A stretch of DNA of 64,000 nt from an uncultured virus (IMG/VR IMGVR_UViG_3300043932_000242) (IMGVR_UViG_3300043932_000242); one strand, 5' to 3'. Shown: positions 43,909 to 54,241, counted from the first letter of the stretch. Notes: generated by a model not told the origin, from the letters alone. Made by a program: numbers and translations.

Positions 43909-46167
43909 TTAGAGGTTGTTGTCTTTGAGGGCTAGGCCGCGTACCTGCCAGCCTCGGTTGGTGCGGCGTCGTTGGTATCCGGCGTGCTCGAGGGCGGTGT
44001 AGAAGTCGCGCGTGGAGCGCACGTACTCGCCGGTGGCCAAAGCCCACGCCCGGTAGGCCTGGTACAGCTCACCGGAGGGCTGCTCAAGGTCCGGGTCGAC
44101 ATCGCAGGTGTCATCGAGGAAGTGGGCAAACCAGTTATTCGACTCCCTATATGCCTCCGTGGCCTCTACCACGCAGGCGGGTGGGGTGAGTTGGTAGTTC
44201 TCGGCGTGGATCAGGCGGGCTCCTTCGATGATCCAGGCGAGCACGGCGCCGCCGGCCTGCTCATAGAGCACATCCCCGTAGTTTTTCACGTCCTTGTTGC
44301 CTTCGATTTTTGCTTCGAAGGGGACGACGATGAGCCTGCGCCAGATGCCATGATCCATGGCCCCGACCTTGGGCAGATGATTCGTATACAGCACCAGTGA
44401 GTGCGATGGGGTGAACGAGAAGGGGTCTTTGAACTTCTTCTCTGCCGCGATCTTGTCTGTGGAGGCCAGCTGCTTGGCGGAGGCGGTTGAGAGGCGTTTG
44501 CCTTCTTCGGTCTCGGCGGCGATCAGCAGGCGTCGGCCGCGGGTTTCAGCCATGTCGTTCTTGGCGCTGTTTTTCTTGCCGGCGATGAGCACCTCAGCGT
44601 TGATGGATGAGGCGTAGGTTCCGAGCACTCTTGCGATGGTGTTCCAGAAGGTGGATTTGCCGTTGGCACCATCTCCGTAGGCGATGATGAGGGCTTCGAC
44701 CATGACTTTGCCGATTGCGGCCAGCCCGCAGATCCGCTGCACGTAGCCGATGAGCTCGCGGTTGCCTTGGAAGATGACCTCGAGGGCAGCCAGCCACACG
44801 TCCATGCCCTCGGCGCTGGGTGCGAGGCTGGTTTGCCGGGTGATGAGATCACTAGGCTGGTTAGGGCGCAGGGATGATTCGCCTTCGCGCAGGTCGAGGG
44901 TGCCGCCCGGGGTGCACAGCAGGTAGGGATCCTGGTCCAGATCACCTGGGTCAATGAGCACCAGGGGTTGGGTTTCCTTCATGGCGGCCTGGATGCCGCG
45001 CGAGGAGCGGCATTTGTAGACGAATGCCAGCCAGGCTTCAGCACGTTCAACGCTCTCAAAGGCGTCACGCTGGGCTGGGGTCATCGCTGCCAGTGCCTTC
45101 GCCTTGGAGGACGATGCCAGCAGTTGCAGCGCACCAGTGTCGGCGGCAACGGTTCTCGCTTTGGCGAGATTGTCGCGGGCTTGGCTGAGTTGGCGTTCGG
45201 TGAGGTCTTGGAAGAATCGGTGGGCGACCTGCTCGTTTTCCAACCACACTCCACCGTCGTAGGCGAGGTACTTGGTGGCAGGGCTGTAGCGGACCTGGTC
45301 GAGGTAGTTGATCGCCATGATGGTGGCCTGACCGAGATCAGTGAAGTCATCGGGGCATAGCCCGGTCAGCATGGCGTAGGCATCTGGGCTGATGTAGTCC
45401 GGGTTTTCTGCGACTTTCTTGCCAAACCTGAGTGCTGACCGCCAGATCGCTTCCAGCTCCGCACTCGGTAGGGGCGGGTCGCACAGCGCGGCCTTGCGGT
45501 CAAAGAGGGTACGAGCCTGCTCGGTATCCCCGTAGCGGATCAGGACCCGGCCAGCGAACCTGGACAGGGTGGCGTTACGACTACCTTCTCCGATAGTCAG
45601 GGTCGCGGCGTCGAATACGGCGAACGCATCCTGCTCGGCCTGGCGGGTGAGCCACTCGTCCACCAGCAAGGTGCCGGTGAAGGCTTCCACCTGCGGGGTG
45701 GGGTGTCCGTAGAGGAACCGGGCCGCATCCAACGCCCCGGCGTCGAAGAAGGCGAACCGGTCTGCCAGGGACTTTTTCAGCCCCGCATAAGTGCCGGGGT
45801 CGGTGACCGGACTGATGGGCAGGTAGACGTGGAAGCGCGGCCTAGCTGGTGTCCCGTGCTTGGAGGTGTTGTGGTTGCGGGACGTGGCGGTCATGAATTC
45901 CACGCCCGCTAGCAGGTCTGCCAGTGCCTGCGGGGTGACCCACTCGTCGGGGTTTTCGGTGTGGTCGTTGTCGATGTCCATCACGAGACATTCCGAGGTG
46001 ACGAACCTGTGGGTGGAGCGCTGATTGGCCTGGTATTCGGCAGCGACATGGTCGAACCGGGCGGCTGCCTCCAGATCGGACGCGTCGGTGATGGTGGCCC
46101 GATTCGGATAGTGGGTGTTCGAGGCCAAGCCGCTGGTCGTGGCGGTAAACAGAGTGAAGGTCGTCAT
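43909..46167 (-). CDS. P4-family primase/SF3 helicase
   Basis: MDIDNDH, RPRFHVY, EGSRNATL (PriCT), YGDGANGKST. Confidence 0.9.
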   Translation of the reverse strand: MTTFTLFTATTSGLASNTHYPNRATITDASDLEAAARFDHVAAEYQANQRSTHRFVTSECLVMDIDNDHTENPDEWVTPQALADLLAGVEFMTATSRNHNTSKHGTPARPRFHVYLPISPVTDPGTYAGLKKSLADRFAFFDAGALDAARFLYGHPTPQVEAFTGTLLVDEWLTRQAEQDAFAVFDAATLTIGEGSRNATLSRFAGRVLIRYGDTEQARTLFDRKAALCDPPLPSAELEAIWRSALRFGKKVAENPDYISPDAYAMLTGLCPDDFTDLGQATIMAINYLDQVRYSPATKYLAYDGGVWLENEQVAHRFFQDLTERQLSQARDNLAKARTVAADTGALQLLASSSKAKALAAMTPAQRDAFESVERAEAWLAFVYKCRSSRGIQAAMKETQPLVLIDPGDLDQDPYLLCTPGGTLDLREGESSLRPNQPSDLITRQTSLAPSAEGMDVWLAALEVIFQGNRELIGYVQRICGLAAIGKVMVEALIIAYGDGANGKSTFWNTIARVLGTYASSINAEVLIAGKKNSAKNDMAETRGRRLLIAAETEEGKRLSTASAKQLASTDKIAAEKKFKDPFSFTPSHSLVLYTNHLPKVGAMDHGIWRRLIVVPFEAKIEGNKDVKNYGDVLYEQAGGAVLAWIIEGARLIHAENYQLTPPACVVEATEAYRESNNWFAHFLDDTCDVDPDLEQPSGELYQAYRAWALATGEYVRSTRDFYTALEHAGYQRRRTNRGWQVRGLALKDNNL

Positions 46168-46595
46168 GGCTGGATCTCCCGGAAGTCGGAATCGAGAAAG
46201 CGGATAGGGGTGCCGAGGTGTCGGGCCCAGCAGGCTTCTTGCTTCATGCCGGGGCTGATGCGCGGGGCGTACACCCACACTTCCTCGCACTTGGACAGCA
46301 GAATCCGGTTGAAGAACATGGCTATTTCCCGCTCGTCGGGCTTGGTGTCATCCATGAACTGTGGGAAGAGCAAGTGTGGTGCGATGGGGATGCGACGGCG
46401 GGCTACTGCTGCGGCGCACATGCGGCGGGCCAGGCGAATGTTGGCCTCGGTGTCACCAGCGAATGGTGAACAGATGTAGGCCAGGGGCCGGTATCCGAAC
46501 TGGGCACGCTGCTCACGCTTGAGCACCTCATAGACGGTCGGGTCCGCACACCCCGAGGCGTTCAGGTGCGGGATAGTCGAGTCGGTGGAGTTCAC
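46164..46595 (-). CDS. DUF4406-like protein
   Basis: YICSPFAGD, APHLLFPQF, CEEVWV, SPGM. Confidence 0.75.
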   Translation of the reverse strand: MNSTDSTIPHLNASGCADPTVYEVLKREQRAQFGYRPLAYICSPFAGDTEANIRLARRMCAAAVARRRIPIAPHLLFPQFMDDTKPDEREIAMFFNRILLSKCEEVWVYAPRISPGMKQEACWARHLGTPIRFLDSDFREIQP

Positions 46596-47389
46596 TGGTC
46601 CACCCCGCGCTCGATCAGGGGCAGCAGACCACGCTCATGCTTGAGCAGGTCATAGATGAACAGGCGGCCCTTCTGGGTCCAGTACAGGTGGGTGCTGGTT
46701 TTGCCGGTCTCCTCGTCGTAGACGAAGGTCTTGGATTGGGCCAAGCCGGACTCGGCATGGTCGGCGTAGAGGTACCAGCGGCCCGACTGTTTGAACTGCA
46801 CGCCCAGCTCGTGGAGTAGCTGGTTGAGCTTGCGGGCTGAGAGCCCATAGTCCTTGGCGATCTCGGTGGTGGTCAGCAGACTGTCGGACTGGAGCACCAT
46901 GTCGTAGTAGGTGACTTTCGGCCGGGCTTCGAGCAGCAGCTGAGCCTGTTGGTAGTTGTCTGCGAGGAGTTTTTCGTTACGTTCCTTCTCCTCGATGTAG
47001 GCCTGCAGCATGGCCATGATGGCGTGCGGGTTGGTACGGATCTCTTCGATTAGACGGTCGGTGGCATACATGCCGTGGCGGCGAATCGACGGGAGGACCT
47101 CATCAAACACCCAGGATTCAAACTGCTGGGCAGCCGGCAGTTTGGATGAGGCGATCAGCCGGTAGAGGTCGCCCTCATAGATGAACGCGAATTCCTGCGT
47201 GCCTCCAGGGGTTTCAAGGGGGTAGCGTTTCACGACCCCCTTGCAGTGGCGCTTAATCGCGTCATTCGTGTTTGCGTATCCCAGCGCGGTGGCGGCATCC
47301 TTCGCGCAGATGAAGATCTGCTCACCGTCGACGATGGTGCGCAGGTTGCCGAAGGTTGGGTGGGCGTACAGGTTCAGATCGGGGCTCAC
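46592..47389 (-). CDS. Bro-N/KilAC phage antirepressor
   Basis: AKDAATALGY, YRLIASSKLPAA, EVLPSIRRHG; IAKDYGLSA, WTQKGR. Confidence 0.92.
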   Translation of the reverse strand: MSPDLNLYAHPTFGNLRTIVDGEQIFICAKDAATALGYANTNDAIKRHCKGVVKRYPLETPGGTQEFAFIYEGDLYRLIASSKLPAAQQFESWVFDEVLPSIRRHGMYATDRLIEEIRTNPHAIMAMLQAYIEEKERNEKLLADNYQQAQLLLEARPKVTYYDMVLQSDSLLTTTEIAKDYGLSARKLNQLLHELGVQFKQSGRWYLYADHAESGLAQSKTFVYDEETGKTSTHLYWTQKGRLFIYDLLKHERGLLPLIERGVDQ

Positions 47390-47463
47390 GGTGAGCTTCC
47401 TTTCTGAGCGGCCTGGGGTGGCAGCCTCGTGCTGCCATTTCCGAACCCCGAGGGCTCTCACTG

Positions 47464-47544
47464 CACTGCCGACGAGGCGATGAGTGTTAACCCCTTGTGT
47501 GTTCCGCTCACCCATGCGTCCTTGGGGCAGGGCGAAACCGGACA
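47464..47544 (-). promoter_or_regulatory. Motifs A (47508-47544) and B (47464-47494) upstream of the antirepressor
   Basis: Match the copies at 15264-15376 and 52019-52055. Confidence 0.7.
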
Positions 47545-47563
47545 TAGGGGCGGAGAAAAAGAT

Positions 47564-49513
47564 TCAGTCCTTCATGTAAAAGGCGCACTCGTAGCCGTCC
47601 GCATCCAGCGGTAGGCCGTTTGCCCAGGTGGGAAGCCTCGTCATGAGCGTGACGATGTCTTTGACGCTGGCACCGGCTGTGGGTTCGTCGACGACGATCT
47701 CGTCGTGGATGTGCATCACGATCCGGTGCCCGGCCGCATCGACGTGGTGCATGGCGTGGGTGAGGAGGTCGCGCGCGGCGGCTTGGACGAGGTTCTCGGT
47801 GAGCTTGCCACCGTAGGTCTCGATCGGACCCCACTTACGAGTCGTACCGTCCACTCCGTCGAAGAGGATGCTGGTCATACCAAACCTGTTCTCACCAAGC
47901 CTGGGCCGCGGGTAACACAGCTCCCGCCCCGACGGCAGAGTGATGAACAAGCACCCAGAGCGGTAAGACAACCGGATGCGTCCGACCTGGGTGGGAGTTC
48001 GGGTTTCAGTGGTGGTGATGGCCGCCTGCTCGATGTCGTGCCAGAACTGCACCACGGCTGGGTTGGCCTCCCTCCAGGCATCAACCAAGGGTCTGAGCTC
48101 TGCCTCATTGAGACCCATGCGCAAGGCCCCCATGGCCTTCAAGGCTCCTACCGAGCCGCCGTATCCGCAGGCCAGGACCGCGATCTTCCCTTTCTGGCGC
48201 AGCTCTGCGTTGGCCCCGTGTTTTTCGACCGGGACACCGAACATGCGGCTCGCGGTCTGACAGTAAAGGTCTTTGCCTTCACGGAATGCCTGTAGGGTTC
48301 CGTTTTCGCCGGCGAGCCATGCGAGGACTCGGGCTTCAATCGCGGAGAAGTCGGCGACGATGAACCGGTGGCCCTCACTGGGAATGAAGGCAGTGCGGAT
48401 GAGCTGGCTCAGGGTGTCTGGTAGCGGGGCGTAGAGCATCTCCAACGCCTCACTATCACCGGCCGCGAGGAGGCTGCGGGCAGAAGCGAGGTCGGGCATG
48501 TGGTTGCGCGGCAGGTTCTGTACTTGGATGAGGCGTCCGGCGAAGCGTCCGGTACGGCCAGCTCCCATGTACTGGATCAAGCCCCGAGCACGGGAGTCTT
48601 CCCCGGCGACGGTGAGCATGGCCTGGTACTTCTTCACAGACGACCGCGACAGGTCCTGGCGCAACCGGAGAACCTCAGCGACATCACCGCTCGCGGTCTC
48701 GAGGGCGGCCTCCACCTCGGCCTTCGTCAGCGACTCCAGTTCGCAGCCATGCACAGTGAGCCAGTCTTTGAGCTGGATTGGACTATTGGGGTTCTCCAAT
48801 CCGGTGAGCTGCTGGGCGCGCGCCAGACAGGTGTCGCGGTGGTGGGTGTCGACCTCGACCGCGTGGGCGGCAAGCTGGGTGTCGATGCGAACCCCGGTGT
48901 CGTTGATGCGCTGATCCAACCAGTACGTCTCCCACTCCGCATCCAACATCGGGGTACGGGCTAGCCGGGAGGCGAGTTGGACTTCCACGTCAACGTCGCG
49001 GCGGTTGTAGGAGATGTACTGCTGCCAACCCAGCGGATCGTTGCTGGGCAACACCCGGCTGCCATCCTTGCCTGGGATAGAGAAGCGGCGGATGAGCTTT
49101 TGCCCGACGGGGTCTTTCTCGAACGGCAGGCGTAGTGCTTTGGCTGCCCCGTCCAGGTTAATGGGTAGTCCTAGGGAGGCTGCCCAGACCATGGTGCACC
49201 GCCACCCACGCGGATCCAAGAACCCCTTGGCAAGCAGGTCTGGGTGGTGGCGGCGCAGATAGGCCGACAGGCAGACACGCTCGAAGGCCGCGTTGAACGC
49301 CGACTTCGTGACAGCCGGGTCGGTGAGCACCTGGAGGAGCTCGGCTGGGATGGGCTCACCCCGGGCCAGGTCGATGACCTCAGCGGGTGCCCCGTCAATG
49401 CTGTAACCAAACAAGAGGATGCGGAAGGCCTCATCTTCGGCGTATGTGTACACACCCGCGGTGGCGAGGTTGGTGGGGCTGAAGGTTTCAAGGTCCAGGG
49501 AGAGCGTGCGCAT
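47564..49513 (-). CDS. Phage DNA polymerase, family A
   Basis: DLET exonuclease motif, RTGRFAG, VADFSAIEAR, RQKGK...LACGYG, HIHDE. Confidence 0.92.
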   Translation of the reverse strand: MRTLSLDLETFSPTNLATAGVYTYAEDEAFRILLFGYSIDGAPAEVIDLARGEPIPAELLQVLTDPAVTKSAFNAAFERVCLSAYLRRHHPDLLAKGFLDPRGWRCTMVWAASLGLPINLDGAAKALRLPFEKDPVGQKLIRRFSIPGKDGSRVLPSNDPLGWQQYISYNRRDVDVEVQLASRLARTPMLDAEWETYWLDQRINDTGVRIDTQLAAHAVEVDTHHRDTCLARAQQLTGLENPNSPIQLKDWLTVHGCELESLTKAEVEAALETASGDVAEVLRLRQDLSRSSVKKYQAMLTVAGEDSRARGLIQYMGAGRTGRFAGRLIQVQNLPRNHMPDLASARSLLAAGDSEALEMLYAPLPDTLSQLIRTAFIPSEGHRFIVADFSAIEARVLAWLAGENGTLQAFREGKDLYCQTASRMFGVPVEKHGANAELRQKGKIAVLACGYGGSVGALKAMGALRMGLNEAELRPLVDAWREANPAVVQFWHDIEQAAITTTETRTPTQVGRIRLSYRSGCLFITLPSGRELCYPRPRLGENRFGMTSILFDGVDGTTRKWGPIETYGGKLTENLVQAAARDLLTHAMHHVDAAGHRIVMHIHDEIVVDEPTAGASVKDIVTLMTRLPTWANGLPLDADGYECAFYMKD

Positions 49514-49608
49514 TGGGTGTCCTATCTATAGATGTGGTTGGGGCGGGACACCCGCGCCGAGCAAATGCTCAGACCACAAGGTGTCCCGCCACGGAGTCGG
49601 AGTCGGGG

Positions 49609-50157
49609 TTAGGCCAGGAAGTCATCCCCGGCACTGAACGCTGCGAAATCATCCGCAGCACTCGTGCGGCCACCACCCAGCGGCTCCCCGTCACGGAGCT
49701 TCTGGACGTTGCCCAGCCCACAGGCAATCCCACGGTTGCCGTTGGTGTTGAAGGCGTAGAAGTTCAGGGAGACGCGGGCGTAGCAGCCGGAGTACACCTC
49801 CGCGGGTGAGAGCACCGGGTTGAGGTCCTGGTCGACGACCTCGGGTGGCAGGGTGGAGTTGGCGTTGACGAAGACGCAGCCGGCATAGGCTTCGTCGTCA
49901 CGTTCGGTGTCCCCGTCACGCAGCGGCAGCTTGAGGGCGGCCTTGTTGGGTCGCTTGCCACCGAACTTTCCGATGCCAGCGTCGATGGCGGCGTCGATGG
50001 CTCGCTCGATCTTGCCGATCGTCTCTCGATCAGACTTCGGGATGATCAGGGAGACGGAGTACTTGGGCTTGGAGCCCTGGATGGACTGGGGCTCGAAAAG
50101 GTGGGCGTAGGACAGTCGGACTTCGCCGGTGACAACGCGAGTCGGATTGGTGTTCAT
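49609..50157 (-). CDS. DUF2815 ssDNA-binding protein
   Basis: VRLSYAHLFEP, KYSVSLIIPK, PLRDGD, YSGCY, GLGNVQK, acidic tail. Confidence 0.85.
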   Translation of the reverse strand: MNTNPTRVVTGEVRLSYAHLFEPQSIQGSKPKYSVSLIIPKSDRETIGKIERAIDAAIDAGIGKFGGKRPNKAALKLPLRDGDTERDDEAYAGCVFVNANSTLPPEVVDQDLNPVLSPAEVYSGCYARVSLNFYAFNTNGNRGIACGLGNVQKLRDGEPLGGGRTSAADDFAAFSAGDDFLA

Positions 50158-50175
50158 GATGGTTGACCTCCTTGG

Positions 50176-51315
50176 TCAGTTGGTGTTGGTGTTGGTGTTG
50201 AAATCGGTGGCAGCACTCACGCGGTGCAGTGCTGGTCTCTTGTCGGATTCGGGAACGAGAGTGGGCTTGCCTTCGGGCTTGATGACCAGGTCCCCGAGCG
50301 TCTCGGTGAAGGCCCGCTTTCCCATTTGGCGTTCCATGGCGGTGATGCCGATCAGGCGCTTATCCCAGATGTCGCTGTAGCCAGCCTTCTTGGCGGCCTC
50401 TGCCACTGCCGCCTCGTCGGTGTATCTGCGGATGGAAGGTCCGGCGACGACCTTGAACCCGGGAATCTGGGTGCCAGCTTGGGCCTTTGAGAGCGCCCAT
50501 GCTTCGACGTCGGACGCCCAGGCTTTCAGCTCAGGGATCTTCGCCAGCACCTCAGCAACCTCAGACACAGACAGTTCTGCGGGTGGTGCGAACTCGTGCT
50601 TGGCTAGCACGAGGTTCGACTCGGCCCTGGCCCGGCATGTGGGTGCGATGCGGCAGAACTGGCACCACGGGCCGGCGGCGTACTCGCCCTCACCGCGGGC
50701 AGCCAGGTCGGCAATCGGTTTGACCGTGTTCTCACCCCAGGCGATGAGGTCCTGGGTGCTGATCGACCAGGTTTCGATGTTGGCGCGACGCGGCTGGAAG
50801 ATCGACAAGCTCACCTCACGAATGTCGTAGAGCGCATCGAACGCTGCCAGGGCTCCAAGCCCATAGAGCATCAACTGGGGATTCTCCACGGGGCTGACTT
50901 CGACGCCCATCCCGTACTTCAGGTCAATGACCTGCAAGGTGGGTTCTGCGACGATGACACAGTCCCCGGTCCCGAAGCCGCCCGGTGCGAGGTGTGAGTA
51001 GTCGAGGCGCTGCTCGACATACACCTGCGGGTCGCTGCAGTGCTCCCGAGCAGAGGCGAGGTGCTGGGCAACGAACTGCACGTAGTCGTCGGTGTGGCCT
51101 TCCATCTCCTCATCGATCCACTCCGAGGTGGGACGCTTCGCTCGGCGCTTCAAAAACCGCAGCAGCTTGTACTCAGCCAGCGCATGCGCGGCCGTACCCT
51201 GCAAGGCAGCGTCCGACGACGCATCTGCCACGCCATCAACGGCGAGTGCGGAAGGCGGGCAGTGCAACCAGCGGTGAGCACTCGAAGCGCTCAGTAGTGC
51301 GTGTTGGTCAGGCAT
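50176..51315 (-). CDS. DUF2800 Cas4-like PD-(D/E)XK nuclease
   Basis: HALLSASSAHRWLHCPPS, GFGTGD, DLKYG, CQFC...CRAR. Confidence 0.85.
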   Translation of the reverse strand: MPDQHALLSASSAHRWLHCPPSALAVDGVADASSDAALQGTAAHALAEYKLLRFLKRRAKRPTSEWIDEEMEGHTDDYVQFVAQHLASAREHCSDPQVYVEQRLDYSHLAPGGFGTGDCVIVAEPTLQVIDLKYGMGVEVSPVENPQLMLYGLGALAAFDALYDIREVSLSIFQPRRANIETWSISTQDLIAWGENTVKPIADLAARGEGEYAAGPWCQFCRIAPTCRARAESNLVLAKHEFAPPAELSVSEVAEVLAKIPELKAWASDVEAWALSKAQAGTQIPGFKVVAGPSIRRYTDEAAVAEAAKKAGYSDIWDKRLIGITAMERQMGKRAFTETLGDLVIKPEGKPTLVPESDKRPALHRVSAATDFNTNTNTN

Positions 51316-51712
51316 GGGCGATCTCCTCAGCCCCAGCCATGATCTGGCCAAACTTCGCCGGGTCCACCTCCGAGAGGGCCTTCGCTCCGGCTTCCAGGAT
51401 GAGCTGGCGCACCTGGGCGGTGTAGCCCTGCTGGGACAGCTCCGCCAGGAAAGCCCGTACCTCTTCGAGCGTGTACTCGCGCACCGGCTCGGCAGGCTTG
51501 GCAGATTCCTCGGCTTCTACGCGTTCTTCGAGCTCGGCCTGGAAGGCCGGCTCCTCCAAACGGGCAGCGGCAACCGGACGGGCACCAGCCAACGCGTACT
51601 CATCCTCAATGCCTTCCCAGCCATCGGCTTCAAGCGCCTGGGCAATCTGGGAAAGGCCCTCCATGGTGCGGTTGATACCTGCGATCAGGGCGTTGCGGTG
51701 CTGCGGATTCAT
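51308..51712 (-). CDS. Hypothetical phage protein
   Basis: TLEEVRAFLAELSQQG...GAKALSEVDP; translationally coupled. Confidence 0.7.
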   Translation of the reverse strand: MNPQHRNALIAGINRTMEGLSQIAQALEADGWEGIEDEYALAGARPVAAARLEEPAFQAELEERVEAEESAKPAEPVREYTLEEVRAFLAELSQQGYTAQVRQLILEAGAKALSEVDPAKFGQIMAGAEEIAHA

Positions 51713-51987
51713 GCCGCATCACCACCAACGCGGTGGAGCTTCCTGCCTGCCGGGTGACGCTGGACCGCAGCGTCCAGGGCTGCAGCCTCCTCATCAGGGA
51801 GGTCGGTGGGACGGCGGATGAGGCTGACATCGTGGACCCGGTGGCCGGGGACGATGACAGTCAGTTCGTTCATGGGACCGAACAGCCAGCGCATGATGCG
51901 CTCTCGAATGCCCATTTGGGCGAGGTTGATGTCGGCTGCCGAGTCCGGTGCCTCGGTGATGCCGACTCGTACATGACGACCAGTCAT
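51709..51987 (-). CDS. Small hypothetical phage protein
   Basis: IRERIMRWLFG...TVIVPG; AAAGGA RBS. Confidence 0.65.
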   Translation of the reverse strand: MTGRHVRVGITEAPDSAADINLAQMGIRERIMRWLFGPMNELTVIVPGHRVHDVSLIRRPTDLPDEEAAALDAAVQRHPAGRKLHRVGGDAA

Positions 51988-52018
51988 TGTTGGTGTCCTT
52001 TCACTCGAAGTTCTCTGG

Positions 52019-52055
52019 TCACTCATGCGTCTTTGGCGTCGTGCGAATCCGGACA
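52019..52055 (-). promoter_or_regulatory. Motif A, copy 3, overlapping the end of the sigma-like gene
   Basis: tcactcatgcgtctttgg-N9-aatccggaca on the plus strand. Confidence 0.7.
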
Positions 52056-52610
52056 ACCGTAGGGATATTCTTTTCGGATCTTGGCCACGGCCCGCGTCAC
52101 CGCTCGGCGGATACTGTTCGCGCGGCGTTCGATGGTCTGCTCATCGCCATCTGGGTTCTCCATTCGGGCGAGCTCGACGTAGGTGCACTCGTCATCACCG
52201 AGGCTCATCTGGATCCACCTGCTCTGCTGCGCAGAAACCAGCGAGAGGATGTCACCGAGGGCGCGCTTTGCGTCGATGGTGCGGATCACCAGCTCGGACG
52301 GGTCTTCACTCTCAAGAGCTGCTAGGTGTTCTTCGGGGTCCCCAGGTGCGGCGCTTTTGCGGGTGTTCTCCCTCTGGCGGAACACCTTGTAGGCGTCCTC
52401 GAGCAGCCCCTTCTTCCAGGGGTCGGTGACGCTGGGATCGAGCAGTGCTTGCTGGAGCTCGGGGCTGAACTCTGGCCAGTCGTAGAGCGTGATCTCGGCA
52501 TAGCCACGTTTTGAGGGCACGTATGCCATCGCGTGGGTGCGCCCTCTGGAGTCTCGGGACAGCCAGACCTCATAGGGCTGACGATTAGTGGTGTTCTTCT
52601 TGCGTGCCAT
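52023..52610 (-). CDS. Sigma-70 region 4-like transcription factor
   Basis: LVSAQQSRWI...TYVELARME...SIRRAVTRAVAKIRK; AGGAGG RBS; first gene of the leftward operon. Confidence 0.6.
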   Translation of the reverse strand: MARKKNTTNRQPYEVWLSRDSRGRTHAMAYVPSKRGYAEITLYDWPEFSPELQQALLDPSVTDPWKKGLLEDAYKVFRQRENTRKSAAPGDPEEHLAALESEDPSELVIRTIDAKRALGDILSLVSAQQSRWIQMSLGDDECTYVELARMENPDGDEQTIERRANSIRRAVTRAVAKIRKEYPYGCPDSHDAKDA

Positions 52611-52691
52611 TGCGGCCTCCTGTCGCTTACTGCGACGGAGACCCGGCTCCTACCTGGACACTGGTGCTGCGTGAGGATCAACCTGGGGACG

Positions 52692-52750
52692 AAAACAGGG
52701 CAGGCCAACGCCTCCCAGACACATGGGTCTGGGCGACGTGACCTGCCCTG
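52692..52750 (-). terminator. Terminator/attenuator-like hairpin in the leader of the early operon
   Basis: cagggcagg...cctgccctg stem with inner cccagac/gtctggg, followed by tttt on the minus strand. Confidence 0.55.
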
Positions 52751-53209
52751 GACGTCCAGACGGGCGGATCCCCGCGCGGATTATTGAAAGATTGGGTGCG
52801 GGCAGCTGTCCCGCTTGTCATCGAATGAGGGTGTGAGGGTGCCCGGCCGGTACCAGACCAGACACCCCCGGTCAGCTACTTCTTCCCTCCCTTGGGCTTA
52901 GAAGCCCTCTGGCTCAGTGCAGAAGCAGCGGCTCGCTTGGCTGTCTTGGAGTACCTGCCGCCATGCAGGACCTTCGATGCGGCAGAAGCAGCAGCCTTGC
53001 TGGTTCGACGTTGACTCGTCATCTCAGTTCACCTCCTCCCAGTCAGCTCGATTCGTCCTTTTTGCCGAGTTTTTCTCTCGGTCCACCTACACCGGCTGGT
53101 AACATGGACCACAGAGGTCGATGCACCAACACCGGTGGATTGGCTCGATTTCAACGGTAGAGAAGTGCCCCGAACCCACCGCGGGCGAAAAAGGGCGAAA
53201 GGAGGCGAA

Positions 53210-54241
53210 GTGGCTCGCCCTGTTTCTCCGCAGTACGCCCTTGGCGCGCTGCTTCAGGTAATCCGCCCGGCGCTTTCATTGAAGGTCAAGACAGACGCGG
53301 GGTTCGTCAGGGACTTTTTTGATCACGTCTGCGATACGAAGTTGTGCCCCAAGCCGATGCCGAAGGGCGAAGGAAACAAAAACACCGTGAAGGGCGGCTG
53401 GTTCAAAGGCGTCGACAGAGGTGACCTCGGCAAATACTGGCGAGGTGAGCGCCCTTTACCTGAACCCGTTGCCTCACGGATACTGCCAGCTATCCGCAAG
53501 CCGCTAATTTCCGAAATATTGCGGCAAACGAGCACATTCGACGCAATGTCTCGGCTGGCGAGCAAACTGAACCGGGATGGCTTAGAAATCAAAAACACTC
53601 AGGATCTGTGCGATGCCATCTACACACTCTTGTACGACGTCATCGAAGCTAACTCGAAGCGGCAAGACCTACTCAAAGACAGCGACTCAGTGCATACCGT
53701 CATTCCAGGCATCCGCACCTACGAACTGTCTACCGGCCGTATTTCAGGCAATTCGCTACAGATCGGCACCTCGAGCATCCCGATTTCGCCAGCCCCGCCC
53801 GTCCCTGAGGAGTTAGCTCCTGAAGAGGTCTACGTGCAACGCGCTCTTGAAGCGATCGCAGAAAAACTTGGGAAGGAGCCCGTCTCCTTCGAGCATCTAA
53901 AGAGTCTCCCGGGCAAATACGCAAAGTTTTTGGTCCGTCAGCGCACCCATTACTGGTCCGCGGTTGGGCGTCACCGCAACCTGCAGGAGATTCGCCCGGA
54001 TGACGGGGATGAACAGTTTGAACGGATCAAGGATGATCTTGACGACTTCCTCGAAACCACGTGGATGTCCGATGTTTTCCCTGACGGTTACGAGCGGATG
54101 CTGAAGACGCTTGGGCAGGCTAGCCATTATCAGGTCGGGGGGTCTGTTCTAACGAGCATCCCTGACCTGTTTGCTGCGAGCCACAAGCAAGGCATGACGC
54201 ACATGCTGGTCAACGAGGACCGAATCGAGTGGTCGTCATGA
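53210..54241 (+). CDS. ABC-three-component system effector (HTH-like N-terminus, ABC-3C C-terminal domain)
   Basis: AAAGGAGG RBS before GTG; C-terminus KQGMTHMLVNEDRIEW; QRTHYWSA. Confidence 0.7.
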   Translation: MARPVSPQYALGALLQVIRPALSLKVKTDAGFVRDFFDHVCDTKLCPKPMPKGEGNKNTVKGGWFKGVDRGDLGKYWRGERPLPEPVASRILPAIRKPLISEILRQTSTFDAMSRLASKLNRDGLEIKNTQDLCDAIYTLLYDVIEANSKRQDLLKDSDSVHTVIPGIRTYELSTGRISGNSLQIGTSSIPISPAPPVPEELAPEEVYVQRALEAIAEKLGKEPVSFEHLKSLPGKYAKFLVRQRTHYWSAVGRHRNLQEIRPDDGDEQFERIKDDLDDFLETTWMSDVFPDGYERMLKTLGQASHYQVGGSVLTSIPDLFAASHKQGMTHMLVNEDRIEWSS

